Positions 9,691 to 19,038 of a stretch of 64,000 nt of DNA are shown here, one piece after another (within the stretch, counting starts at the first letter, position 1; each line of letters starts with the position of its first letter). The position numbers and the translations under genes are program-made. The stretch covers positions 2,777-66,776 of the forward strand of contig VGFC01000002.1 in assembly GCA_016869045.1 (NCBI GenBank). Reading direction: 5' to 3'. Source of the stretch: Armatimonadota bacterium. Its GTDB lineage: Bacteria; Armatimonadota; Zipacnadia; Zipacnadales; VGFC01. The notes below the pieces were generated by a model that was not told the DNA's origin, did not search any database, and worked only from the letters and a program-made list of their open reading frames with translations.

Positions 9691-10039
9691 CGCCGATGTT
9701 CTAGGGGCCTGTTCGGAAGCTGCCGAGTCGGCCGGGGGGCACGGCCAACGTGGCGTGCTGTCTGCTGGGTGCGCGAATCCCGAATCTGCGGGAGGGGGCG
9801 GCCCTCGCCATCGTGACCATGCTCGACATGCCCGGAGACTCGCGCCGCAGCGCGACGGGTCCGTTCCTGAAGATCCCCAGGTCATGTATGCCAACGCACC
9901 AACTGGCGCGTCCTTGTCGCCGCTGGGCTGAAGGGTAGGCATGAGCCTGGGGATTCTGCGTTTCTGGTCGTCGGTGGAGTGAATGGGGTTGGACAGGGCG
10001 ACGGCGTTCGGCGTGCGTTGCTGCCTCCGCAAAGGAGTG

Positions 10040-13000
10040 ATGACCTTGCTGCATCGATCGAAGCGTGCAGCGTTGGCCGGGCTGGTGACGGTCGCCGGCC
10101 TGTTGAGTCTCTGTGCGCTGGGCCCGGCACGCACGGGCACTCCCGAGCGGCGCCCGTCGGCGGCCGGCGCCGTGGCGGCTCGCGGCCGGCATCCCATCTT
10201 GCCCAGCCGCGAGATGCCGCCGGCGCTCCGGCAGGCCTGGGAGGACCTCCCGGCCCAGGGGTCGGGACCGGACCCTGACGAGCAACTGACGCCCAACGCG
10301 ATCAGCAGCCAGGAGTTCGACGCGGCGACTCCGGGGCTGAACAAAGTCGCCCGTCTCGCCCTCGTGAGCAACGGCGTGGACGAGTGGATCAACGATGAAC
10401 AGCCCGGTCCCGGCGATCCGGCCCCTCCACCGAACGATCCCAACAACGTGCCCGATGGCCTGATCGACAAGTACGGCCTCTCGACCAACGGCTTTGGCAT
10501 CTGGCTCATGCGCCACGACGGCTCGCAGCAGTTCCCGCTTACTCCCGACATGCCCGGCGATGAGCGTGACCCCGCGTACGACCCGGGCGGCACGGTCCTC
10601 GCCTTCTGCAACAACCAGACCGGCAAGTACCAGATCTACACGGTTGACATCGTCAGTAAGACCATCCGCCAGATCACCAGCGGCACTGACAACAAGACCC
10701 ATCCCACCTGGTCCGCCGACGGCACGTACATCGCCTACGCGACCGACCTCAACGGCCCAGCCCTGCGCGACATCCACATGGTCCGGACCAGTGGAGTCGG
10801 ACTGCCCACGCCGCTGATCGCGACGCCGGCCGACGAGTACGAGCCGATGTGGTCGCCCGACGGTCAGTGGATCGTCTACACCCGCCTCGATGGGGTGGTG
10901 ACCCACATCTGGCGCGCCGATTCCCTGGGCGGCAACCAGGAACAGCTCACCAACGGCGGCGGCGATCCGGCCGTCAGTGACAAGAATCCCGCCTGGCGGC
11001 AGGACGGCCTCTCCACCCAGTTCGCCTTCGCGTCGAACCGTCTCACGGACATCACCGACACGATCCGGGAGCACAACATCTGGACGGCCGGTTCGACCGG
11101 CGAAATCGCGGGCCAGCCCGCCCGGGTGTACTCCAACACCGACGTCACCGATACGTATGATGACATCATGCCCGCGTTCTCGCCGTTGCTCACACCCGGC
11201 GCGGCGCCGATCCGCATCTTCTTCACTTCCTACCGCATGGACAAGGTCGGCCCGCCGACCGGCACGGCCGAGCCGGACATCTGGGGCCTGATCGTCAACG
11301 ACACGCGCTTCCCAATCCTCGAGGAGTTGCCCGCCGTCTCCGAGCGCAACCCCCAACCCGGCAGCGACATCGTCATCAGCGCCAAGGCGTGGGATCCCGA
11401 GACAGGGATGCGCAGTGTCTTCGCGTGGATGAAGGACCCCGACTCGGCCTATGAGGACGCTCAGGGGCGCGAGCGCAAGATCTACACCGGCGGCGCCAAC
11501 GGCATCGGCAAGAGCACGGAGGATATCCACCCTCCGGGCCCGACCTCGTGCCCGATTACCTACTATGAGGAACTGGACTGCCAGCGGGTCGGCAGTGTCG
11601 AGCTGTTCGATGATGGGGACCTCACCAACCACGGCGACGTCTACGCGAACGACGGCATCTTCAGTGGCATCTGGACCACGCCCGCCGTGCCCAGCGACTT
11701 CATCATCGACATCGAGCTGACCGACAACGCGGGCAACTTCATCAACTACGACGACATCTACGGCTTCTCCACGGTGAAGTTCGCACCCCGCACCAACGTG
11801 CTCTTCGTTAACGACTACTGCGAGGGTCAGGGCTTCCTTCGGCAGCTGGGCTTCACCGACCGCGAGTACGCCGCCTACCCCTGCGAGAGCTACTACACCC
11901 TCAACGAGAGCGGGGCCGGCGCGTGGAACAACTTCACCGATGGCTCGTATGGCGAGGACTTCGACATCTGGCGGGTGATCTGCCGCGGGGCGCCGGATCT
12001 CACCGCCTTGACCTACTACGGCCCCACCTCCGAGACTCAGCTCACGATTGACCTGAAGGGCATCCGGGAGGTGCCGGTCGCTAACCGCTGCCTCTTCTGG
12101 GCTGCTCCCCACTGCGGCAGCGGCTGGAATGCGAACGGCACGATCGTGGAGGCCGCCACTCAGGCCTTGCTCAAGAACTTCGTGGACCTCGGCGGCCGGA
12201 TCGCCGTCGCCGGAATGGACATCGCCTGGACTCTCACCATAGAGGGCGCTGTCACCAACAGCTTCCTCACCAACGTCCTCGGGGCGAACTTCGTCAGTGA
12301 CGACAACCTCGGCGGCCGCGACTTCCCGCAGACCATCGACTTCGACCTGGAAGGTGCGGGCAATGGCTTGGTTGCCGGTGAAGTCTGGACCAACGGAATG
12401 TTGCACTGGGCGCCCGACAACAACACCGGCCTGGCCAGCGGCCCGGGTACAGACGGCTCCATGCACTCGCCGTTCCCGGACGTCATTGCGGCAGCCGGCT
12501 CCGTTACGGTGCTGAACTACGTCACCCGCGGTTCGGGCGTGGCGGCCGTTCGCAAGGAGGACCCGAACACCGGGTCCCGCGTGGTGTACTTCGCGTTCCC
12601 CTACGAGGCCATCAGCAAGCGCTACACTGGCACCAACTGCGCCACACCCGACCGCCGCCACAAGCTTACCCACATGACCCTCTGCTACCTGCGCACGGGT
12701 GGCGTCCAGGGGCGCGTTCTGGCCATCGAGGGCTATCGGCCCATCACCGACCCCGAGCCCATCGTCACCGTCCACAACCCGGGCAACCCAGCCATCCTCT
12801 ACGCCCAGCGCTGCCAGAAGGACGGCACGTTCGTCATCAGCGGGATCCCGCCGAACTACTACGAATACCGCGCCACCCGCCCCGGCTACAAGATCGACAA
12901 ACCCCACGACGAGGTGGTTCACGGCGGCCTCCCTTACCCCACGCAGAACTTCGTGCTCACCGTGGACCAGCCGGGCGCCATCGAGGGCACCGTCACCTCC

Positions 13001-15100
13001 CTTGCCACGGGCGACCCCATCGGCGGCGTAACGGTCACCGCGGTGGATGCGGGCGATCCGCTAGCGGCGCCGATCCCGCCCGTCGTCACGGGCGCCGACG
13101 GCAAGTACGTGATCAGTGGGGTGCCAACAAACACCGCCGGCTATGACGTGACCGCCGACGGGAGCACAGCCACGCCTCCGTACGGCAGCGATACGAAGAC
13201 GGTCACGGCGGTCCCGGGCGGTACGGTGACGCAGGACTTCCAACTGCCCGCGGCCGACGGCACCCTTGCGGTCACGGTCAAGGACAGTGCCACGAAGGCC
13301 TTGCTCAAGGATGTGACGGTCGAGGCCGTGCTCAACCGCGCCGTTGTCGGCAGCGGGACCACGGACGACCAGGGCGTGGCGACCTTCGATGTGCCACCGG
13401 GTGTCTATGAGGTCGTGGCCGACAAGCCCGGCTACCAGCAAGCCAAGGCCAACGCCACCGTCCTTAGTGCGCAGACGACCCCTCTGACGATCGAGATGAT
13501 CGCGTTGCCCGGCGGCTCCATCGCCGGTCAGGTCTACCGCGCCTCGACGCCCAACGAGGCCCTCGGCGGAGTGACGGTGCAGGTCATCGTCGGCGGGGTG
13601 ATCGCGGCTCAGACCACCACCACCAGTACGTGGACCTATCCCGGCGGCGGGAATCCGCGCTACAACTTCCTGATCGCCGACGTGCCCTCCGGCGGCCGCG
13701 TCGACGTGCGCGCCGCCAAGACGGGCCTCACGGTCTCTCCCGCCCTGCGCACCGTTACTGTGAGCCCCGGCACCACGACGTACAATGTGAACTTCACCGT
13801 CAGCGCCCTCCACACGTTCGCGGCGGGGCTCCAGTTCTTCTCCGTCCCGTTCGACTACAGCAACCAGGACCCGTTCTTCGTGCTCGGCACGCCGGCAGGC
13901 AAGCAACTCAGGATGGCGACCTGGGATGTGTCTCTCGCCCGCTACGCCGTCTACCCGCGGGCGCCCGCTGATCGCCTGCGTCTCGGTGTGGCTTACTGGA
14001 TGAACCAGGACCAGGCGCAGGACCTCACCATCGAGGGCAGCCGCGCCACGAGTCCGTACCTTATTCCTCTCGGCGTCGGCTGGAACGGGATCGGCAACCC
14101 CTTCAGCACGCCGGTGGACTTCTACGACCTGAAGGTCCGCGACTCTCTCGGTGTCGTGCGCCCGATTCAGGATGCCTTCTCCGCCGGCCAACTGGTCAAC
14201 GGCCTCTACAGCTACACTCCGGGCTGGGGCTACAAGCTGGTGACGACCCTTGTTCCGTACTCCGGTTACTGGATCAAGGCGAACCAGCCCGTCTCGCTCG
14301 TAGTGGAGGACCCCGGCGCCGGGGTTGCGGCCGCTGTTGCACATCGTGAGCGCCCGGCCCTGGCCAAGCCTCAAGATGGCTGGCTGGCACCGATCGTCGT
14401 CTTCTCGGCCGGCATGGGGGATGCGGCCACCGCCTTTGGCGTTACCAGTACGCCGGAGCTCTCGAGCGTGCCCAAGCCACCGTTGCCTGGTGACGAGGTT
14501 GCGGAGGGTGTTCCGTTCGTGTATGCGTCCTTCGCGCCGCTGAACGGCGGCGAACCGTTGGCCGTTGACGCGCGCGGCCCCGGCACACAGCAGTGGACCT
14601 TGGCCGTCCGCACCGCCGGGGTTTCCGCGCCGGTGACGGTGACCTGGCCCGACCTATCCCAGCTGCCCGCGACCGTCCGCCCGGTCCTGCGTGACCGGCT
14701 CACCGGCAGCAAGGTCTACATGCGGACACAGCGCGAGTACACCTACCGACCTCGCGCCGGAAGCGTCCGCGAGTTCGAGATCGAGGTCTCCGACGCGCCA
14801 CAAGGCCTGCTGGCTCTGACCGGGGCGACGGCCAGTTCGCAGGCCGGCGGCGTCGCGATCAGTTACACGCTCTCACGCGATGCCCAGGTGACCGCCGAAG
14901 TCCGCAACATCAGCGGCGTCGTCATCGCCCGGCCTGTTACCGCCAAGCCCGTGACCGCCGGCCGCAACACCAACCTGTGGGACGCTCGGAGCCACACCGG
15001 CGTACCCGTGCCGGTCGGCATGTACTTCGTGAAGCTCACCGCGCTGTCCGACGACGGTCAGCAGACATCGGCTCTGGCCGCCGTGAACATCCGGCGCTAG
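10040..15100 (+). CDS. Large secreted multidomain protein (about 1690 aa): TolB/PD40 beta-propeller, Ca-binding DDG motif domain, alpha/beta domain, several carboxypeptidase-regulatory-like Ig domains, shared C-terminal module with FlgD-Ig-like end
   Basis: Signal-like N-terminus. PD40 repeats (HPTWSADG, EPMWSPDG, NPAWRQDG). LFDDGDLTNHGDVYANDGIFSGIW. Repeated GxIxGxV...GVTV...GxYxI units. C-terminus VRNISGVV...LWD...G.PVPVGMYFV. SD AAGGAG at 10032; exact start (10037/10040/10046) uncertain. Confidence 0.8.
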   Translation: MTLLHRSKRAALAGLVTVAGLLSLCALGPARTGTPERRPSAAGAVAARGRHPILPSREMPPALRQAWEDLPAQGSGPDPDEQLTPNAISSQEFDAATPGLNKVARLALVSNGVDEWINDEQPGPGDPAPPPNDPNNVPDGLIDKYGLSTNGFGIWLMRHDGSQQFPLTPDMPGDERDPAYDPGGTVLAFCNNQTGKYQIYTVDIVSKTIRQITSGTDNKTHPTWSADGTYIAYATDLNGPALRDIHMVRTSGVGLPTPLIATPADEYEPMWSPDGQWIVYTRLDGVVTHIWRADSLGGNQEQLTNGGGDPAVSDKNPAWRQDGLSTQFAFASNRLTDITDTIREHNIWTAGSTGEIAGQPARVYSNTDVTDTYDDIMPAFSPLLTPGAAPIRIFFTSYRMDKVGPPTGTAEPDIWGLIVNDTRFPILEELPAVSERNPQPGSDIVISAKAWDPETGMRSVFAWMKDPDSAYEDAQGRERKIYTGGANGIGKSTEDIHPPGPTSCPITYYEELDCQRVGSVELFDDGDLTNHGDVYANDGIFSGIWTTPAVPSDFIIDIELTDNAGNFINYDDIYGFSTVKFAPRTNVLFVNDYCEGQGFLRQLGFTDREYAAYPCESYYTLNESGAGAWNNFTDGSYGEDFDIWRVICRGAPDLTALTYYGPTSETQLTIDLKGIREVPVANRCLFWAAPHCGSGWNANGTIVEAATQALLKNFVDLGGRIAVAGMDIAWTLTIEGAVTNSFLTNVLGANFVSDDNLGGRDFPQTIDFDLEGAGNGLVAGEVWTNGMLHWAPDNNTGLASGPGTDGSMHSPFPDVIAAAGSVTVLNYVTRGSGVAAVRKEDPNTGSRVVYFAFPYEAISKRYTGTNCATPDRRHKLTHMTLCYLRTGGVQGRVLAIEGYRPITDPEPIVTVHNPGNPAILYAQRCQKDGTFVISGIPPNYYEYRATRPGYKIDKPHDEVVHGGLPYPTQNFVLTVDQPGAIEGTVTSLATGDPIGGVTVTAVDAGDPLAAPIPPVVTGADGKYVISGVPTNTAGYDVTADGSTATPPYGSDTKTVTAVPGGTVTQDFQLPAADGTLAVTVKDSATKALLKDVTVEAVLNRAVVGSGTTDDQGVATFDVPPGVYEVVADKPGYQQAKANATVLSAQTTPLTIEMIALPGGSIAGQVYRASTPNEALGGVTVQVIVGGVIAAQTTTTSTWTYPGGGNPRYNFLIADVPSGGRVDVRAAKTGLTVSPALRTVTVSPGTTTYNVNFTVSALHTFAAGLQFFSVPFDYSNQDPFFVLGTPAGKQLRMATWDVSLARYAVYPRAPADRLRLGVAYWMNQDQAQDLTIEGSRATSPYLIPLGVGWNGIGNPFSTPVDFYDLKVRDSLGVVRPIQDAFSAGQLVNGLYSYTPGWGYKLVTTLVPYSGYWIKANQPVSLVVEDPGAGVAAAVAHRERPALAKPQDGWLAPIVVFSAGMGDAATAFGVTSTPELSSVPKPPLPGDEVAEGVPFVYASFAPLNGGEPLAVDARGPGTQQWTLAVRTAGVSAPVTVTWPDLSQLPATVRPVLRDRLTGSKVYMRTQREYTYRPRAGSVREFEIEVSDAPQGLLALTGATASSQAGGVAISYTLSRDAQVTAEVRNISGVVIARPVTAKPVTAGRNTNLWDARSHTGVPVPVGMYFVKLTALSDDGQQTSALAAVNIRR

Positions 15101-15113
15101 TCCCTACCCGACA

Positions 15114-15138
15114 GGAGGACAGGCATTCCTGCCTGTCC
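15114..15138 (+). repeat. GGAG-type REP palindrome (family B)
   Basis: GGA-GGACAGGCA TTCC TGCCTGTCC. Other copies at 17357-17381, 18715-18963 (split) and 56400-56424 (reverse). Confidence 0.85.
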
Positions 15139-15212
15139 AAGACTCGGTCTGTGGAACAGAAAACGCGCATTTTGCAGGACGTTTCGGGGCCGACGGCTCG
15201 TACCGCGTGAGT

Positions 15213-15241
15213 TTGCAAACGCCGGACCGTTGTGCTATACT
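15213..15241 (+). promoter_or_regulatory. sigma70-type promoter with extended -10
   Basis: TTGCAA (15213-15218), 17 nt ending TGTGC, TATACT (15236-15241). Confidence 0.8.
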
Positions 15242-15297
15242 CCACGCGTTCGCGCCGGCCGCGCCCCGGACGCACAACGTCGGAGGGAGAGGTGCAC

Positions 15298-17340
15298 ATG
15301 CGCTCATTCTCACCAAGGTCGAACGCTCGCCACGTGTCGCTCCTGGGGGCCTGCGTGCTGCTGGCCGCGACGGTGCTACCCGCCGCGCTCTGGGCACAGG
15401 GCGGCGATGTGACGACCGTCGCCGTCGTGCGGTTCACCGACATGACTGCGCGGAGGAGCTCGCTGCTGGAAGCGAAGGCGACCGATGCCGTCGCTTTGGC
15501 CCTGAGCGACTCCAAGGAGTACCTGGTCACGCCGGCGCGGGAAGTGGACCGCGAGGTGCAGGCCCTCGCGCTCAACCTCCCCCTGTCCATGACCGAGGCC
15601 GTGCGGTTGGGGAAACGCCTCGATGTGGACTGTGTTTGCCTCGGCCAGGTCCTGGTGGCAGCCGTCAACACCACCACCGGCAAGGGTGAGGTGCGCCTTC
15701 AGATCATGATGGTTGACGTGGAGGCGGCCGAGCTCCTCGACGGTTCCACGGTGACCACGCAGACGAAGCCCATCCCCGGCTGGTCGGGAACGGAAGCCGA
15801 CATCCTCAACGAGGCCCTACGTCAGAGCGCGGAAGAGGGCGTGGCCCGCATGCTCGCGACGCGCGTACGGCGAGGCTCCGTTGATGCCGTGCTCCCCACC
15901 GGAACGTGTGCGATCAACCTCGGCTCCGAGGACGGGGCAGCCTCCGGCATGAAGCTGGTTGTGATGCGCCCTGTCTACCTCAAGGAGCTAGAGACCGTTA
16001 CCCTCCGCAAGATCGGCTACCTCGAAGTCAGTCGCATGCACCCGGACATGTGCTATGCCGACCCGGTGCGGAACGTTGCGCCCCGCACCGGCGACTACGT
16101 CGTCCGCGTCTACGAGCCCCAGGCCGTGGTTATCAAGGAGGCGGCCAAGCAGGACCGTACGAAGTTCGTCTGGGGCCTCGCGTCACTGGCGCTCCTGGGC
16201 GCCCTGGCCGGGATTGCCACCGGCGGGAACGAAGGCACCAAGCCCCCGACGCCGATCTCGTACCTCTACCAGGACACTCCCGGCGTGAGGCCGACCATCC
16301 GGGTGGAGTTCCTCCACGGCCTGGACAAGGCCTTCGGGCACCTGTTGTTCCGTGGCCCGATCCGCTACTTCCCGGCCGACCCCTACTACCTGGTTGAGGT
16401 CTCCACCCGCGGCATGGGTGAGGAGAGGATCCGGGCGACGGAGGACCTCCCGGACTGGCGCGATCAGAGGGACGTCACGATCACCGTCACCTTCCGTGAT
16501 GAGAGCGGCGACTACACGACCGAGACCGTGGACATCACCTACATGCACCCACAGCTGGACCCGGGCAGCACCTACTACCACCGTATCCAGCGCGTGACCA
16601 AGCCGCAGTTCCCGCCCGGCACGAACCCGCCGATTGGTAGCACGGGCGGCACGGAGCAGGTGGCACAAGCGGCCGGCCCCGATGAGAACGTCATCGACCA
16701 GAGCGGCGACTTCCCGATGCTGAGTCAGGCCTCGGACCCGGCGGGTCCCGTCACCTACATCGAGGCACCGACACTCTCGACGACGGTGCCGCAGCCGGGG
16801 GTGCCTCAAAACACAGCGTCCATCGACTTCGAGTGGAGCACGGTGGTGGGCGCCGACGACTACATGCTCGAAGTCTACGACGCCAACGGGACTGTTCTGC
16901 TCCGACGCACGGGCATCCGGCCGACCCCGCCGACCATCCGCGAGAACTGGCGGCCCGCCGCCGGTGACCTGGCCGGGCAGAGCACGTACTACTGGCACGT
17001 CGGCGCGAGGAAGAAGACGGAGGTCGGTGCGCGTGGTCAAGGCATCCCACAGTGCGGCGCTGGATCGAACCTCCAGGTGGGCTACGTCCTCTCCTCTGAA
17101 CAGTCCTTCGTCACGGCGCCCATCCCGCCCGGACCGGTCGGCACGACGACGCCCGTGGCCGGCCCGGGCAAGATCGCGGCAAAGCCGGGCAAGCAGGCCA
17201 ACGCCACGGCCGGCGACACCAAACCCGCAAAGGGCGGCGGCAAGCCGGGCAGGACCGGGGGCAACGCACCGCCGCGGCCGGCCCGTCCGCCCAGGACGCC
17301 CGTCTGGCAGCCGGCCCCCACCGTGGGGCCCGGGCGGTGA
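15298..17340 (+). CDS. Exported protein (680 aa): CsgG/TolB-N/FlgT-like N-terminal domains, internal TM helix, Ig/FN3-like domains, Pro/Lys-rich tail
   Basis: SD GGAGGGAGAGG before ATG 15298. Signal peptide ending ALWA. TTVAVVRFTD...AVRLGKRLDVDCVCLGQV. FlgT-C-like RRGSVDAV...INLGSEDGAASGMKLVV. Hydrophobic WGLASLALLGALAGIATGG. Confidence 0.6.
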   Translation: MRSFSPRSNARHVSLLGACVLLAATVLPAALWAQGGDVTTVAVVRFTDMTARRSSLLEAKATDAVALALSDSKEYLVTPAREVDREVQALALNLPLSMTEAVRLGKRLDVDCVCLGQVLVAAVNTTTGKGEVRLQIMMVDVEAAELLDGSTVTTQTKPIPGWSGTEADILNEALRQSAEEGVARMLATRVRRGSVDAVLPTGTCAINLGSEDGAASGMKLVVMRPVYLKELETVTLRKIGYLEVSRMHPDMCYADPVRNVAPRTGDYVVRVYEPQAVVIKEAAKQDRTKFVWGLASLALLGALAGIATGGNEGTKPPTPISYLYQDTPGVRPTIRVEFLHGLDKAFGHLLFRGPIRYFPADPYYLVEVSTRGMGEERIRATEDLPDWRDQRDVTITVTFRDESGDYTTETVDITYMHPQLDPGSTYYHRIQRVTKPQFPPGTNPPIGSTGGTEQVAQAAGPDENVIDQSGDFPMLSQASDPAGPVTYIEAPTLSTTVPQPGVPQNTASIDFEWSTVVGADDYMLEVYDANGTVLLRRTGIRPTPPTIRENWRPAAGDLAGQSTYYWHVGARKKTEVGARGQGIPQCGAGSNLQVGYVLSSEQSFVTAPIPPGPVGTTTPVAGPGKIAAKPGKQANATAGDTKPAKGGGKPGRTGGNAPPRPARPPRTPVWQPAPTVGPGR

Positions 17341-17356
17341 GAGTACGTACGAACTT

Positions 17357-17381
17357 GGAGGACAGGCCTTCCTGCCTGTCC
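17357..17381 (+). repeat. Family B REP copy
   Basis: GGAGGACAGGCCTTCCTGCCTGTCC, one mismatch to the 15114 copy. Confidence 0.85.
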
Positions 17382-17414
17382 CCCCAGCCGTGGGGCGGTC
17401 GTGAGTTCGGGGCG

Positions 17415-18710
17415 GTGAGAACGAAAACACGGAGTAGATGGTGGGTCGCGTCGGCCGGGGCGCTATTGGTGACTCTCGGCCCTGCCGGGTGGAGCGCTTC
17501 GATCGCCAAGTGGACCGTCCTGGGGTACTTGAGCGGCGACGGCAGTCTCGAACCGGTTGCGCTTGAGTACCTGCAGCGACTGGCCTCAGCGCCGGGAACG
17601 GGAAGCGTGGCGATTGGGGCGCAGATCGACCGGTCGCCCGGCTTTAGCAGCGAACTGGGCGACTTCACCGACACGCGGCGGGTGGTCTTCGAGGGCAGCG
17701 ACCCTCGCACGGCCCGCAAGTGGCGGTGGAGTGACTGGCGCACCGAAGCCGACATGGGCGACCCGCAGACGCTGGCCGACTTCCTGGCCTGGGGAGCCCG
17801 GACGTTGCCGGCGGAGCACTATGCAGTGCTCCTGGTGGGCCATGGGAGTGGTGTGCGGCCTCTCCTGCGTGAGAGCGACGAGCGGGATCACGGGGTGGCC
17901 TACGACGCTACAAACAACGGTGACAGCCTGACAACCGAGGAGATCGCGACTGCCGGCCGGACCTTCACTGACCTGCTCGGCGGCCGGAAGATCGCGTTAC
18001 TCGCGGTAGATGCCTGCTTCTCGGGCTCGGCTGAGGTGGCGCACGAGGCGGCGTCTGTTGCGGAGTGCATGACCGGCAGCCCGGACCTGCTCTACGAGCC
18101 CGGGGTGCCGTGGGATCAGGTGTTGCGGAAGCTCTGCGCGTCGCCGGACATGTCCGCCGAGTCGATGGCGACGCTCGCGGTGGAGGCGGTAGAGGCGTCC
18201 CAGGAAGCATCGGGCGCCCCGCGAGGGTCGTATGCTGCGGCCCGTTTGAGCGAGACACCGAAGTTGCAGGCCGCGGTGTCGGCCCTTACTGAGACGTTGT
18301 GTCGTTCGATGCGCGATGCGGCCCCGGCCGTCACCACGGCGCGCGCCGAGGCGACCCGGGGCGGCCTGTCGGGAGAGCAAGTAGACCTGGCGACCTTCCT
18401 GGTGGCCCTGGCGGACGAGGCGCAGGCGGAGGGTCTTACGGAGACAGCAGGGGCGGCGTCGGAGGCGCGGCGGGCGCTTGACGCGGTCGCCATCGCCTCC
18501 TACAGCGGGGAACGGGACCCGCGGGGCGGGCCGGCGTGGAAGTGGTCGGCATTCTTCCCGCCCAATCTGACGGCCTTCCCGCCCGACTATCTCGGCAAGT
18601 CCGTCTTTGCGCGACAGTCGGGGTGGGGGGCCTTTCTGGAGGCGTACCTGGGGCATCTGCAAAGGCTCATGTCGCCGCTAACGACGGATGAGACCGGAAA
18701 CCGAACCTAA
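17415..18710 (+). CDS. Secreted clostripain-family (C11, clan CD) cysteine peptidase (431 aa)
   Basis: KWTVLGYLSGDGSLE, DMGDPQTLADFLAWG...PAEHYAVLLVGHGSG (catalytic His), LAVDACF (catalytic Cys). Start placed after the REP. Confidence 0.85.
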   Translation: MRTKTRSRWWVASAGALLVTLGPAGWSASIAKWTVLGYLSGDGSLEPVALEYLQRLASAPGTGSVAIGAQIDRSPGFSSELGDFTDTRRVVFEGSDPRTARKWRWSDWRTEADMGDPQTLADFLAWGARTLPAEHYAVLLVGHGSGVRPLLRESDERDHGVAYDATNNGDSLTTEEIATAGRTFTDLLGGRKIALLAVDACFSGSAEVAHEAASVAECMTGSPDLLYEPGVPWDQVLRKLCASPDMSAESMATLAVEAVEASQEASGAPRGSYAAARLSETPKLQAAVSALTETLCRSMRDAAPAVTTARAEATRGGLSGEQVDLATFLVALADEAQAEGLTETAGAASEARRALDAVAIASYSGERDPRGGPAWKWSAFFPPNLTAFPPDYLGKSVFARQSGWGAFLEAYLGHLQRLMSPLTTDETGNRT

Positions 18711-18729
18711 GCTCGGAGGACAGGCATTC

Positions 18730-18948
18730 TTGTGGTTTGCCAAACCAGCGTAACGCTTGCTCATCATTGAGGCCCGCTCCAGACGTGGAGCATCCCTAGA
18801 CGCGATGGGTGCGTGAGATGCCCGTTGACATCATCAACGGCACCAAAGGCGCTCATTTAGGATGTAGTGGGTGGTTTGGGGCAGCGGAGGCTGTTCCTCT
18901 GTCACATTCCCACCCATCGTAACGAGCGTTACGCATGCTGGCAATCAA
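18730..18948. mobile_element. 219-bp MITE-like insertion inside a family B REP, with 5-bp target duplication
   Basis: GGACAGG-CATTC (18725-29)-[TTG...CAA]-CATTC (18949-53)-CTGCCTGTCC. Imperfect terminal IRs: TTGTGGTTTGCCAAACCAGCGTAACGCT versus the reverse complement of the right end, TTGATTGCCAGCATGCGTAACGCT. Confidence 0.7.
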
Positions 18949-19038
18949 CATTCCTGCCTGTCCAAGCATGGCTCCTACAACCAATCCCTTCCCGCCCCGG
19001 CGGGACGAGATCGGCGGATACCGGGAGGAGGAACCGGC

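Noticed and set aside
9701-12922. Long antisense ORFs (e.g. 9701..12922, 18853..21789, 28050..29765, 51915..53729, 7111..8901)
   Set aside because: Shadow frames of well-supported genes in high-GC DNA; they carry no family motifs.
18825-18865. TTGACA inside the MITE-like insert as a promoter for the S8 gene
   Set aside because: There is no -10 hexamer at 16-18 nt spacing, and the hexamer is part of a palindrome.
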